Source: an uncultured Sediminicola sp. (GTDB lineage: Bacteria > Bacteroidota > Bacteroidia > Flavobacteriales > Flavobacteriaceae). From it: a stretch of 64,000 nucleotides of DNA. The notes below the pieces were generated by a model that worked only from the letters and a program-made list of their open reading frames with translations, did not search any database and had not been told where the DNA came from. Positions 9,780 to 18,245 of this stretch are shown here, piece after piece. The position numbers were made by a program, and so were the translations under genes. How positions within the stretch are numbered: the first letter of the stretch is position 1; each line of letters starts with the position of its first letter. Where the stretch lies: contig CAXBDK010000010.1 in assembly GCA_963974715.1 (NCBI GenBank), positions 128,067 through 192,066 on the forward strand, in the 5' to 3' direction.

Positions 9780-10025
9780 ATGAAAACCATTTTAACCTTT
9801 GCCCTAGTACTTTTGATGACCGTTGCCGCTCAAGCCCAACAAGGTGGTAACAACAATGAAATGACCGTTGATACCACTTCGGTGACCATTAAGGCCAATA
9901 AATTTAAAAAGTTTTCGACCCAGAAGGAAAGCAACAAAGTTGCCCGTTTGTACAAGCACAAAAATTCCAGGATTCTTAAGGCCCTGAATTTTACTACCAA
10001 AAAGAATGTTGCCAAGGCGGTTTAA
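9780..10025 (+). CDS. Small secreted basic hypothetical protein, 81 aa (copy 1)
   Basis: Signal peptide MKTILTFALVLLMTVAAQA and Lys-rich C-terminus VARLYKHKNSRILKALNFTTKK; ATG 9780 follows an A-rich leader. Confidence 0.8.
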   Translation: MKTILTFALVLLMTVAAQAQQGGNNNEMTVDTTSVTIKANKFKKFSTQKESNKVARLYKHKNSRILKALNFTTKKNVAKAV

Positions 10026-10362
10026 TCGCAGTAGGCCTTACCAAGGTACCTTTTCCATTAAAGTATTGTTGCGCTACCTCCCTCCCCATTTTTTGTCCCC
10101 TACGGCCTCAATTGCATTTTATTCTCAGATTGCTGTTATTTAAGTTGATTGTCGGACCTATTTTTTTGGTTCATGTCCCAATGTTGCGGGTATGCAAAAC
10201 CGTGACCAACCTATAATTGCCAACTATATGTATTAAGCACTCGTGACCGAATCACCATACTTAAAGCATAATTGAAACCTACTTGTGGCACGTCCAAGAA
10301 AAGTATCATTTCTAATCCCTACGTTTTTGATACACGAACCCTCACCATAACATTTTCAAGTG

Positions 10363-10908
10363 CATAATTTTCCAGATCCCGATCTGCTGCTCAAAATGTG
10401 GTATAGGAATATCGATTATCTGCATACTATTCCGATAAGTGTTTTTGGCCCCAAAATCAGTTATCGGATTTTTTTTGCCCTTTGGCGAACATATCGTCGG
10501 ATACCGAAAATTAAGGGTTGTTGGGCGAGAATGATGGAGGTGGGCTATGCACCGGTACTAATTTTACATCAGAAAACAAAACTGATGAAAACCATTTTAA
10601 CCTTTGCCCTAGTACTTTTGATGACCGTTGCCGCTCAAGCCCAACAAGGTGGTAACAACAATGAAATGACCGTTGATACCACTTCGGTGACCATTAAGGC
10701 CAATAAATTTAAAAAGTTTTCGACCCAGAAGGAAAGCAACAAAGTTGCCCGTTTGTACAAGCACAAAAATTCCAGGATTCTTAAGGCCCTGAATTTTACT
10801 ACCAAAAAGAATGTTGCCAAGGCGGTTTAATTCGCAGTAGGCCTTACCAAGGTAGCTTTTCCATTAAAGTATTGTTGCGCTACCTCCCTTCCCATTTTTT
10901 GTCCCCTA
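10363..10908 (+). repeat. Direct repeat copy 2 (~546 bp)
   Basis: Second copy of 9558-10102, offset 805-806 nt. Confidence 0.97.
10585..10830 (+). CDS. Small secreted basic hypothetical protein, 81 aa (copy 2, identical)
   Basis: Nucleotide-identical to 9780-10025 by manual comparison. Confidence 0.8.
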   Translation: MKTILTFALVLLMTVAAQAQQGGNNNEMTVDTTSVTIKANKFKKFSTQKESNKVARLYKHKNSRILKALNFTTKKNVAKAV

Positions 10909-11081
10909 TTGCATTCTTTTGTCGGATTTTTGTATATAAAGTCGATAGACGGCCCTATTTTTTTCGGAGTGTAATTTTATGGTAGACTAAAATCCTCCCA
11001 CTTTTTATTTATCTTGGAAACCAAGATCAAGATTTATTATACCATACCGGAGCCGATTATATAGGATATCAAAACGATTAG

Positions 11082-11900
11082 ATGGAAGACAATAAAGAGT
11101 ACGCCCAGTTTAGAATTGAGGTTCCCGAGGAATTCAATGAGGTGTTCTCACATTTTTACCATGCGGCAAACCGTTCCGGGAATACCATTACAAAGACCCT
11201 GCTACCCTCTTATCAAACCATCCTTATTTTTACTTTTGGCAATCCTGCACTGATATATTTTGATGATGCCGTTTATGTTAAAATGGATAAGTGTCTTGTT
11301 GTGGGACCTATAAAACGTGCTTTCCGATATTCCCTACCTATAAATTCTGAAATTTTTGTTGCAAATTTTAGGGGAGATGCCTTTTACCGTTTCTTTGGCA
11401 AGGCTGAGGTAGCGGGAAGATTGCCCGTACATCCCGATGAACTGCTGGAGGAAAGTTGTTTCAACGCCCTCTGGGAGAAACTGGACCATCTAGGCGAGGC
11501 ATCGGATAGGATGCACTGTATCCTGGAGTTTTGCAAACCCTATCTCGGGGAACGGAATAGCATTGTCGAGCAATTGACGAACTTTGGGGATGCGGCCATA
11601 AGTCCGATAAAATATATTGCGGATAGGGAAAAGCGAACGGAGCGGAGCATTCAGATGGCCCACAAAAAACATTTGGGGTATTCTTCAAGGGAATACAACC
11701 GTTACCATCGTTTTTTAAAAGCGGTCAAACTAATTGCGGAGGTCGATTCCACGCATGTAGGAATGGACTGGTTCAAGATTACCGAAACCTGTGGTTATTA
11801 TGACCAAAGTCAATTGATACACGACTTTAAACACTATCTCCAGATGAGTCCCACCAAATATCTTAAATACTATTGGGATATCTGTGATCCCACGGATTAG
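11082..11900 (+). CDS. AraC-family transcriptional regulator (DUF6597-type N-terminus)
   Basis: N-terminal cupin-like region and C-terminal HTH CGYYDQSQLIHDFKHYLQMSPTKY. Confidence 0.88.
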   Translation: MEDNKEYAQFRIEVPEEFNEVFSHFYHAANRSGNTITKTLLPSYQTILIFTFGNPALIYFDDAVYVKMDKCLVVGPIKRAFRYSLPINSEIFVANFRGDAFYRFFGKAEVAGRLPVHPDELLEESCFNALWEKLDHLGEASDRMHCILEFCKPYLGERNSIVEQLTNFGDAAISPIKYIADREKRTERSIQMAHKKHLGYSSREYNRYHRFLKAVKLIAEVDSTHVGMDWFKITETCGYYDQSQLIHDFKHYLQMSPTKYLKYYWDICDPTD

Positions 11901-11981
11901 GTCAGATGTAACTTGCTCCGATGATCGTCACGATCGTTGGTATCCCAATGCATTTAATTGCTTTCCCTAAAGTTATCGCCT

Positions 11982-12026
11982 TTTCGTTTTCTTACAATTT
12001 TACCTGTTTTACGCCCGCTACTTTTG
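11982..12026 (+). promoter_or_regulatory. Promoter of the oxidoreductase: -7 element plus candidate AraC site
   Basis: TACTTTTG at 12019-12026. TTTCGTTTTCTTACAATTT lies where the -33 box would be. Confidence 0.45.
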
Positions 12027-12055
12027 TGTTATTATAATTTCAAAAGAATAACACG

Positions 12056-12631
12056 ATGAGACATTTGATCGTTTACGCCCACCCCAATGAAAAAAGTTTA
12101 AACCACTTCCTAAAGGAAACCGTTCTAGAGAGCTTACAGGCAAAAAACCACGAGATCGTTATCAGGGACCTGTACCAACTTAATTTTGACCCGATCCTTT
12201 CCTTAAAGGATATGAACGGCCAACGCTCGGGGAAAGTAACCAAAGATGTGCAACTGGAGCAGGATTTTATTAGATGGGCAGACCATATAACCTTTGTATA
12301 CCCTATCTGGTGGACAGGTATGCCCGCAATTATGAAAGGTTATATAGACCGGGTTTTCAGTTATGGATTTGCCTATAGTTACGATCAGGGGGTTCAGAAA
12401 GGATTACTGGCCGGAAAACGGACGGTTATAATCAATACGCATGGAAAATCATATGAGGAATATAGGGATATGGGTATGGATAGGGCCCTTTCACTTACAT
12501 CGGACAAGGGAATTTTTAGCTATTGCGGATTTCAGATCGACCATCATTTATTTTTTGACCAAGCGGATAGGGCCACTGGCGTAAAAATTAAAGAGTGGGG
12601 ATATCAGATCAAAGACATTTTTTCAGAATGA
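12056..12631 (+). CDS. NAD(P)H-dependent quinone oxidoreductase, flavodoxin-like fold (KefF/MdaB/NQO family)
   Basis: VYAHP, RDLY, YPIWWTGMPAIMKGYIDRVF and GFAY motifs. Confidence 0.9.
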   Translation: MRHLIVYAHPNEKSLNHFLKETVLESLQAKNHEIVIRDLYQLNFDPILSLKDMNGQRSGKVTKDVQLEQDFIRWADHITFVYPIWWTGMPAIMKGYIDRVFSYGFAYSYDQGVQKGLLAGKRTVIINTHGKSYEEYRDMGMDRALSLTSDKGIFSYCGFQIDHHLFFDQADRATGVKIKEWGYQIKDIFSE

Positions 12632-12729
12632 TCTTTTTGTCCGAGCAGTTGATCGGGATGCGGTTTTACCATACAGAGGAACAAAGAGGGAATACTTTGT
12701 GGACCTGCCCCAAGGTAGTTGATCGGTCT

Positions 12730-13950
12730 TTAGGCGACAGAGGTAAATTCTTGGGTAACCTCTTGGAACTTTATGATATAATTGGTACCCTTACGGCTGG
12801 GATCCTTGATAATGCTTCCCTTTAATTGCCTGGTAAGGTTATAGATCAGCTTTAGGCCCAGTGATTTGGAGTTTGCCGGAGTAACACTATTGGGGAATCC
12901 CTCCCCATTATCCCCTATACATAAGGTGAATTCCTTTTCGCCCTCTTGTCTCATTTCAACATGTATGATGCCTTCATTTTCATCTTTTATACCGTATTTT
13001 AGGGCATTGGTGATCGCTTCATTGATAAGGAGGCCAAGGGGAATGGCCGTGTCTATTCCCAATTTTATATCCGGGATATCTATTTTCAGTTCAATGTTGC
13101 TATTGCTGCCCTTTACGGATTTGATCAGGAACCGGGTCAGTTCCTCTACATAGGAGCGGTATTCTATTTTAGAGAGGTAGTCGTCCCTCATATAGAGCAT
13201 TTCATGGACCATGGCCATGGAAATGACCCTATTTTGGCTACTTTTGATAAGACTTTTCACTTTTTCGTCCTCTATGCTTTTGGATTGAAGGTTCAATAAA
13301 CTGGAAACCGTCTGTAAATTGTTCTTTACCCGATGGTGCACTTCCCGTAAAAGGGTCTCCTTTTCCTTTATCCGTTCCTCGATCTCGTTTTTGGACCTGT
13401 AAAGGCTATGGTGCGCCTTTAACAGGTATTTTCCAAAGACACCGTTCAGCATGTATACGGAAAACAAAACGGAAAGAAGGGCAAAGAGGTCCCTGCTTTC
13501 GGGAGCGACCTGATTTTCCAACAGGTTCAATTGGGAACTGCCAAGCATATATATCAGCACTATTATGGCCAAATTTAGATAAAGGTAGAACCTGCCATAT
13601 TTTCTTGTGGAGGTGTGCGCCGCAAATCCTATAATCGCAAGGACAAATATAAAAGGACTGTTTATGCCGCCACTGTAGAGAATGACTATAATGGAACCTA
13701 TACTTCCCATAATGGAAGTCACATTATAGGTGACCATAAGATTTTTATGGTATGGGAAGAGCAGGGTATTCAGAAGGTTCAAGAGCCCAAATAAGAGAAA
13801 TGAATAAGGAATGATGGGACTGCTTATTTGCAGGACAAATAAAGAAATCGGAAAAAAAAACAATGCTAAAATGGAAGATTTCAAATTTACCCTTTGGGTC
13901 AGGTGGGTCTTATGGCTTAATAAGTGTTCGTCCGGTGCTGGTTTTTGCAT
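12730..13950 (-). CDS. Membrane sensor histidine kinase (HisKA_2/HWE type)
   Basis: Several N-terminal TM helices, EVHHRVKNNLQ H-box, NEAITNALKYG, DNGEG and SLGLKLI. Confidence 0.9.
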   Translation of the reverse strand: MQKPAPDEHLLSHKTHLTQRVNLKSSILALFFFPISLFVLQISSPIIPYSFLLFGLLNLLNTLLFPYHKNLMVTYNVTSIMGSIGSIIVILYSGGINSPFIFVLAIIGFAAHTSTRKYGRFYLYLNLAIIVLIYMLGSSQLNLLENQVAPESRDLFALLSVLFSVYMLNGVFGKYLLKAHHSLYRSKNEIEERIKEKETLLREVHHRVKNNLQTVSSLLNLQSKSIEDEKVKSLIKSSQNRVISMAMVHEMLYMRDDYLSKIEYRSYVEELTRFLIKSVKGSNSNIELKIDIPDIKLGIDTAIPLGLLINEAITNALKYGIKDENEGIIHVEMRQEGEKEFTLCIGDNGEGFPNSVTPANSKSLGLKLIYNLTRQLKGSIIKDPSRKGTNYIIKFQEVTQEFTSVA

Positions 13951-14145
13951 GGCCTTGGTTTTATGTTAAAAGGGCCGTGGGCCCTTATCAACTGCGGACA
14001 CGTACTTTTTTATCAACAAGAAGGACGGGTCTTGGGTAAAGCTAAATATGTTTTTCGATAAAATCAAAAACGGCAACCATTTTTTTGGTCGCCGTCCATG
14101 CTGTAAAGTTATCGGCAATTGTACCCTGCCCAACAAAGGGACTGT

Positions 14146-17100
14146 CTATTCTTCTGAAATGATGACCCAATCGCCTTTTTCGATCAAGGGTTCGGCCTGT
14201 TTGAATTTCATGCTCTTACTTTCTCCCGAGAGTACATTTTTGATGGTTACCCTATCGTTTCTGCCGATTTTCGCCTTTTCCCGAACGATGGTCTCGGTAA
14301 TCGCGGGCCTACCGCCACCTTGGTTCTGGCCAACTGCACGGCTCTGGGCCGCCATCTCGTCGCTATTGGGAATTTCCTCCTTGGAAACCTGAAGGTTCTC
14401 TTTGGGTTTTCTAACGGTCCTGGCTTCTTGTATCTGATTTGGATTTTCGGAGGGCAGCTCCCCTTTGAATAGGAAGGATACCACTTCTTTGTTGACCTTG
14501 TCCATCATTCCCTTAAAAAGTTCGAATGCCTCGAACTTATATATCAAAAGAGGGTCCTTTTGTTCGTGTACCGCCAATTGGACCGATTGTTTCAGCTCAT
14601 CCATTTTGCGGAGATGCGTTTTCCATGCATCATCTATAATGGCCAAAGTGATGTTCTTCTCAAAATCGTTCACCAATTGTCGCCCGTTACTTTCATAGGC
14701 CTCCTTTAAATTGGTGACCACGTTAAGGGATTTTATGCCATCTGTAAACGGCACCACAATACGTTCAAATTTATTGGAATTGTCCTCGTAAACCTTTTTT
14801 ATGATCGGGAAGGCAGTACTTGCGCTGCGCTCCATTTTTGTCTGGTAATGGGCATAGGTGGCCTTGTAAATCTTACCTGCCATTTCTTGAACGGGCATTT
14901 TGGCGAAGTCGGCTTCCTGTATGGGGGAGGTAATGGAGAAATATTTGATGAGCTCAAATTCAAAATTCTTATAATCCCCTGCCGCTTTATTGGTCTCTAC
15001 GATAAGTTCGCATGTATCATAGATCATATTGGCGATATCCAGTTTCAGTCGATCGCCCTGCAGTGCATGCCTTCTTCTTTTATAGACGACTTCCCGTTGC
15101 GCGTTCATCACATCATCGTATTCCAAAAGTCTTTTTCGGACACCGAAATTATTCTCCTCTACCTTTTTCTGGGCCCTTTCTATGGATTTTGTCATCATGG
15201 AATGTTGGATCACTTCCCCTTCCTCAAGACCCATCCTGTCCATCATTTTGGCCACCCTGTCGGAGCCGAAGAGGCGCATAAGGTTGTCTTCAAGGGATAC
15301 GTAAAACTGTGAGCTTCCCGGATCTCCCTGACGTCCGGAACGTCCACGGAGCTGCCTGTCCACCCTTCGTGAATCATGTCTTTCCGTACCAACAATGGCA
15401 AGTCCACCTGCTTTCTTTACTTCGGGGCTAAGTTTGATGTCGGTTCCCCTACCTGCCATATTGGTGGCAATGGTCACGATTCCCGCATGTCCTGCCTCGG
15501 CCACTATGTCGGCCTCTTTTTTGTGCAATTTGGCGTTCAGTACGTTGTGCGGCACCTTTCGTATGGTAAGCATCCGGGAGAGCAGTTCGGAAATTTCCAC
15601 GGAAGTGGTCCCTATCAGGACGGGCCTGCCCGCTTTTGATAGTTTTGTGACCTCTTCTATGATCGCATTGTACTTTTCCCTTTTTGTCTTGTAGATCAGG
15701 TCGTGCCTATCATCCCTGGCGATGGGCCTGTTGGTCGGGATTTCCATGACGTCCAATTTGTAGATCTCCCAGAACTCGCCGGCCTCGGTAATGGCGGTTC
15801 CGGTCATACCTGCCAATTTTTTGTACATCCTAAAATAGTTCTGTAAGGTAACGGTTGCAAAGGTCTGTGTCATGGCCTCTATCTTAACGTTCTCCTTCGC
15901 CTCAATGGCCTGGTGCAGTCCATCGGAATAACGGCGCCCGTCCATGATACGTCCCGTCTGCTCGTCCACGATCATGACCTTGTTCTCCATCACAACATAT
16001 TCCACATCCTTCTCAAAAAGGGTATAGGCCTTTAAAAGTTGGTTCATGGTGTGGATACGTTCGCTCTTGATGGCAAAATCCTTGAAAAGTTCTTCTTTAA
16101 GGGAAGCTTCTTCCTCAATTTCGAGGTGCTGACTCTCAATGCGGGCAATTTCACCTCCGATATCGGGCATGACGAAGAAATCCCTGTTCTGGTCTCCTGA
16201 AATATGGCTTATACCCTTATCTGTCAGTTCTATCTGATTGTTTTTTTCATCGATGACGAACCATAGTTCCTCATCTACCTTGGGCATTTCCCTATTGTTG
16301 TCCTGCATATAGAAATTCTCGGTCTTCTGCAATAATTGTTTGATGCCTTCCTCACTGAGGAACTTTATCAACGCCTTGTTTTTTGGGAGTCCCCTATGCA
16401 CCCGTAACAAAAGGAAACCGCCCTCCTTGGTGTTGCCTTCCAATATCAATTTTTTGGCCTCTGCCAGTACACCGGTAAGGTATTGACGCTGTCTTTGTAC
16501 AATATCTCCCACTTTTGGCTTAAGCTCGTTAAACTCGTGCCTATCGCCTTCGGGAACCGGTCCGGAGATGATCAAAGGGGTACGGGCATCATCCACAAGA
16601 ACAGAATCGACCTCGTCCACGATCGCAAAATTATGGGGCCTTTGTACCAGGTCGCCCGGGGTATGTGCCATGTTGTCCCGTAAGTAATCGAAACCGAATT
16701 CGTTATTGGTCCCATAGGTAATATCGGCATTGTACGCCGCACGTCGGCCATCCGAGTTGGGCTGGTGATGATCTATACAGTCGATTGTAAGACCGTGAAA
16801 CTGAAAAATGGGGGCCATCCAAGCACTGTCCCTTTTGGCCAGATAGTCGTTTACCGTAACCAAGTGTACCCCATTGCCGGTGAGGGCATTGAGATACACG
16901 GGCAGGGTCGCTACCAAGGTTTTCCCCTCCCCAGTCTGCATTTCGGCAATCTTGCCCTGGTGCAGGGCGATTCCTCCGATCAACTGTACATCGTAATGGA
17001 CCATATCCCAAGTGACCTCCTTTCCGGCAGCATTCCAAGAGTTTTTCCAAATGGCATTTTCCCCGTCCAGGGACACGTAATCCTTGGTGCCGGACAGTTC

Positions 17101-17514
17101 CCTATCGAAAGCGGTAGCCGTCACCATTAAGGTAGGGTTGCCGGCGAAACGTTTTGCGGTTTCCTTTACAACGGCAAAAGCTTCCGGAAGGATATCGTTC
17201 AGCGTACTTTCGGTAATTTTGTGGATTTCCTCTTTAAGTCGGTCTATTTCGGTATAAAGATCTTCGTTTTTATCTATATCATCGGAAACCTTTACCTCTT
17301 CCAACAGGGAAGCAATCTGTGCGTTCAGGTCCTTGGAACTTTCATTGATCCTTTCCTTAAAAGTAAGGGTCTTGTTGCGCAATCCATCATTTGTAAGACC
17401 TTCCAGTTCTTTTTCAAAGGTCTTTATCCTATCGATAACAGGCTGCAGTTCCTTTACATCTTTTTTTGCCTTATCCCCAACAAAAGCCTTCAGTACAGAA
17501 TTTAAAAAACTCAT
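14146..17514 (-). CDS. secA: Preprotein translocase subunit SecA
   Basis: MQTGEGKT, DEVDSVLVDDARTPLIISG, ATNMAGRGTDI and QLRGRSGRQGDPG; 1122 aa. Confidence 0.99.
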   Translation of the reverse strand: MSFLNSVLKAFVGDKAKKDVKELQPVIDRIKTFEKELEGLTNDGLRNKTLTFKERINESSKDLNAQIASLLEEVKVSDDIDKNEDLYTEIDRLKEEIHKITESTLNDILPEAFAVVKETAKRFAGNPTLMVTATAFDRELSGTKDYVSLDGENAIWKNSWNAAGKEVTWDMVHYDVQLIGGIALHQGKIAEMQTGEGKTLVATLPVYLNALTGNGVHLVTVNDYLAKRDSAWMAPIFQFHGLTIDCIDHHQPNSDGRRAAYNADITYGTNNEFGFDYLRDNMAHTPGDLVQRPHNFAIVDEVDSVLVDDARTPLIISGPVPEGDRHEFNELKPKVGDIVQRQRQYLTGVLAEAKKLILEGNTKEGGFLLLRVHRGLPKNKALIKFLSEEGIKQLLQKTENFYMQDNNREMPKVDEELWFVIDEKNNQIELTDKGISHISGDQNRDFFVMPDIGGEIARIESQHLEIEEEASLKEELFKDFAIKSERIHTMNQLLKAYTLFEKDVEYVVMENKVMIVDEQTGRIMDGRRYSDGLHQAIEAKENVKIEAMTQTFATVTLQNYFRMYKKLAGMTGTAITEAGEFWEIYKLDVMEIPTNRPIARDDRHDLIYKTKREKYNAIIEEVTKLSKAGRPVLIGTTSVEISELLSRMLTIRKVPHNVLNAKLHKKEADIVAEAGHAGIVTIATNMAGRGTDIKLSPEVKKAGGLAIVGTERHDSRRVDRQLRGRSGRQGDPGSSQFYVSLEDNLMRLFGSDRVAKMMDRMGLEEGEVIQHSMMTKSIERAQKKVEENNFGVRKRLLEYDDVMNAQREVVYKRRRHALQGDRLKLDIANMIYDTCELIVETNKAAGDYKNFEFELIKYFSITSPIQEADFAKMPVQEMAGKIYKATYAHYQTKMERSASTAFPIIKKVYEDNSNKFERIVVPFTDGIKSLNVVTNLKEAYESNGRQLVNDFEKNITLAIIDDAWKTHLRKMDELKQSVQLAVHEQKDPLLIYKFEAFELFKGMMDKVNKEVVSFLFKGELPSENPNQIQEARTVRKPKENLQVSKEEIPNSDEMAAQSRAVGQNQGGGRPAITETIVREKAKIGRNDRVTIKNVLSGESKSMKFKQAEPLIEKGDWVIISEE

Positions 17515-17547
17515 AAGTATGTGTTTTACTCGATAATCGAGATTTAA

Positions 17548-17615
17548 ATGCTCCGACGCTTGCGTCGAAATGTTGTTTTAGTTTTCCCCATATGCCTCGC
17601 GGGCTTGCCCCGAGG
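17548..17615. repeat. Pair of REP-like palindromes (ATGC-stem-CTTG-stem)
   Basis: ATGCTC-CGACG-CTTG-CGTCG (17548-17567) and ATG-CCTCGCGGG-CTTG-CCCCGAGG (17592-17615). Confidence 0.55.
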
Positions 17616-17755
17616 TTGTTGACAATAGAAGGTACTGCCCAAAGTTGGGACCATAGTACATTCTTTTTTTAGTATTTCCGTTCGGCCATACCCCCCATTG
17701 AAATTTGCAAAGGCCCATCTAATGGGAAACAGGCATAACAAGGTCAAAATTACAT

Positions 17756-17783
17756 AAAAAAAAAGCCTCATAAGAGACTTTTT
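17756..17783 (-). terminator. Intrinsic terminator after the DUF2795 gene
   Basis: Minus strand reads AAAAGTCTC-TTAT-GAGGCTTTTTTTTT. Confidence 0.7.
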
Positions 17784-17807
17784 CAAGGTAATTCCGTTAA
17801 TATTTTT

Positions 17808-18032
17808 TTAATATTCGTCCTCGTTCCAGAGGTAATCCTCTTCCGTGGGATAATCTGGCCAAATTTCCTCTATGGATTCATAGATCTCGCCGCCTTCCTC
17901 TTCCATTGACTGGAGATTCTCCACTACTTCCAAGGGTGCACCTGTCCTGATCGCATAATCTATCAACTCGTCTTTGGTGGCCGGCCAAGGTGCGTCACTT
18001 AAATATGAAGCCAATTCTAGTGTCCAATACAT
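17808..18032 (-). CDS. DUF2795 domain protein, 74 aa, acidic
   Basis: MYWTLELASYLSDAPWPATKDELIDYAIRTGAP...WPDYP signature; ATG 18032. Confidence 0.9.
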   Translation of the reverse strand: MYWTLELASYLSDAPWPATKDELIDYAIRTGAPLEVVENLQSMEEEGGEIYESIEEIWPDYPTEEDYLWNEDEY

Positions 18033-18245
18033 CGCAGTAGTATTTTTAATTTTTTGCAAAAATAATTTTTTAATCCAGACAGTCAAGTTTTTTGGTACTT
18101 ATTTCTGCAATGTTATCAACAATTTTTTACTTTCCATGCAGGGCGCTACCTAACACATGCCCGTGCTCACCCTGTTCAACGTACTATTGGCGCTTTTATT
18201 CCCAAAAATGGTTCAATGGGATCTCTCACGGGGCATCGAACGAAA

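Larger units (their letters stand above)
9558..10102 (+). repeat. Direct repeat copy 1 (~545 bp)
   Basis: Matches 10363-10908. By manual alignment there are 6 substitutions and 1 indel, all outside an identical 9601-10025 core. Confidence 0.97.

Noticed and set aside
10360-10830. 156-aa ORF as a distinct gene
   Set aside because: Arises from TAG to TGG in the duplicated M23 tail and spans a terminator. The signal-peptide start at 10585 is more plausible. Kept only as a low-interest finding.
17544-17786. 80-aa ORF upstream of secA with a signal-like N-terminus (SecM-like arrest peptide?)
   Set aside because: Its TTG start and hydrophobic codons come from the DUF2795 terminator hairpin and T-tract. 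It has no RAPP/RAGP-like or SecM-type arrest motif. Ribo-seq would be needed to revive it.
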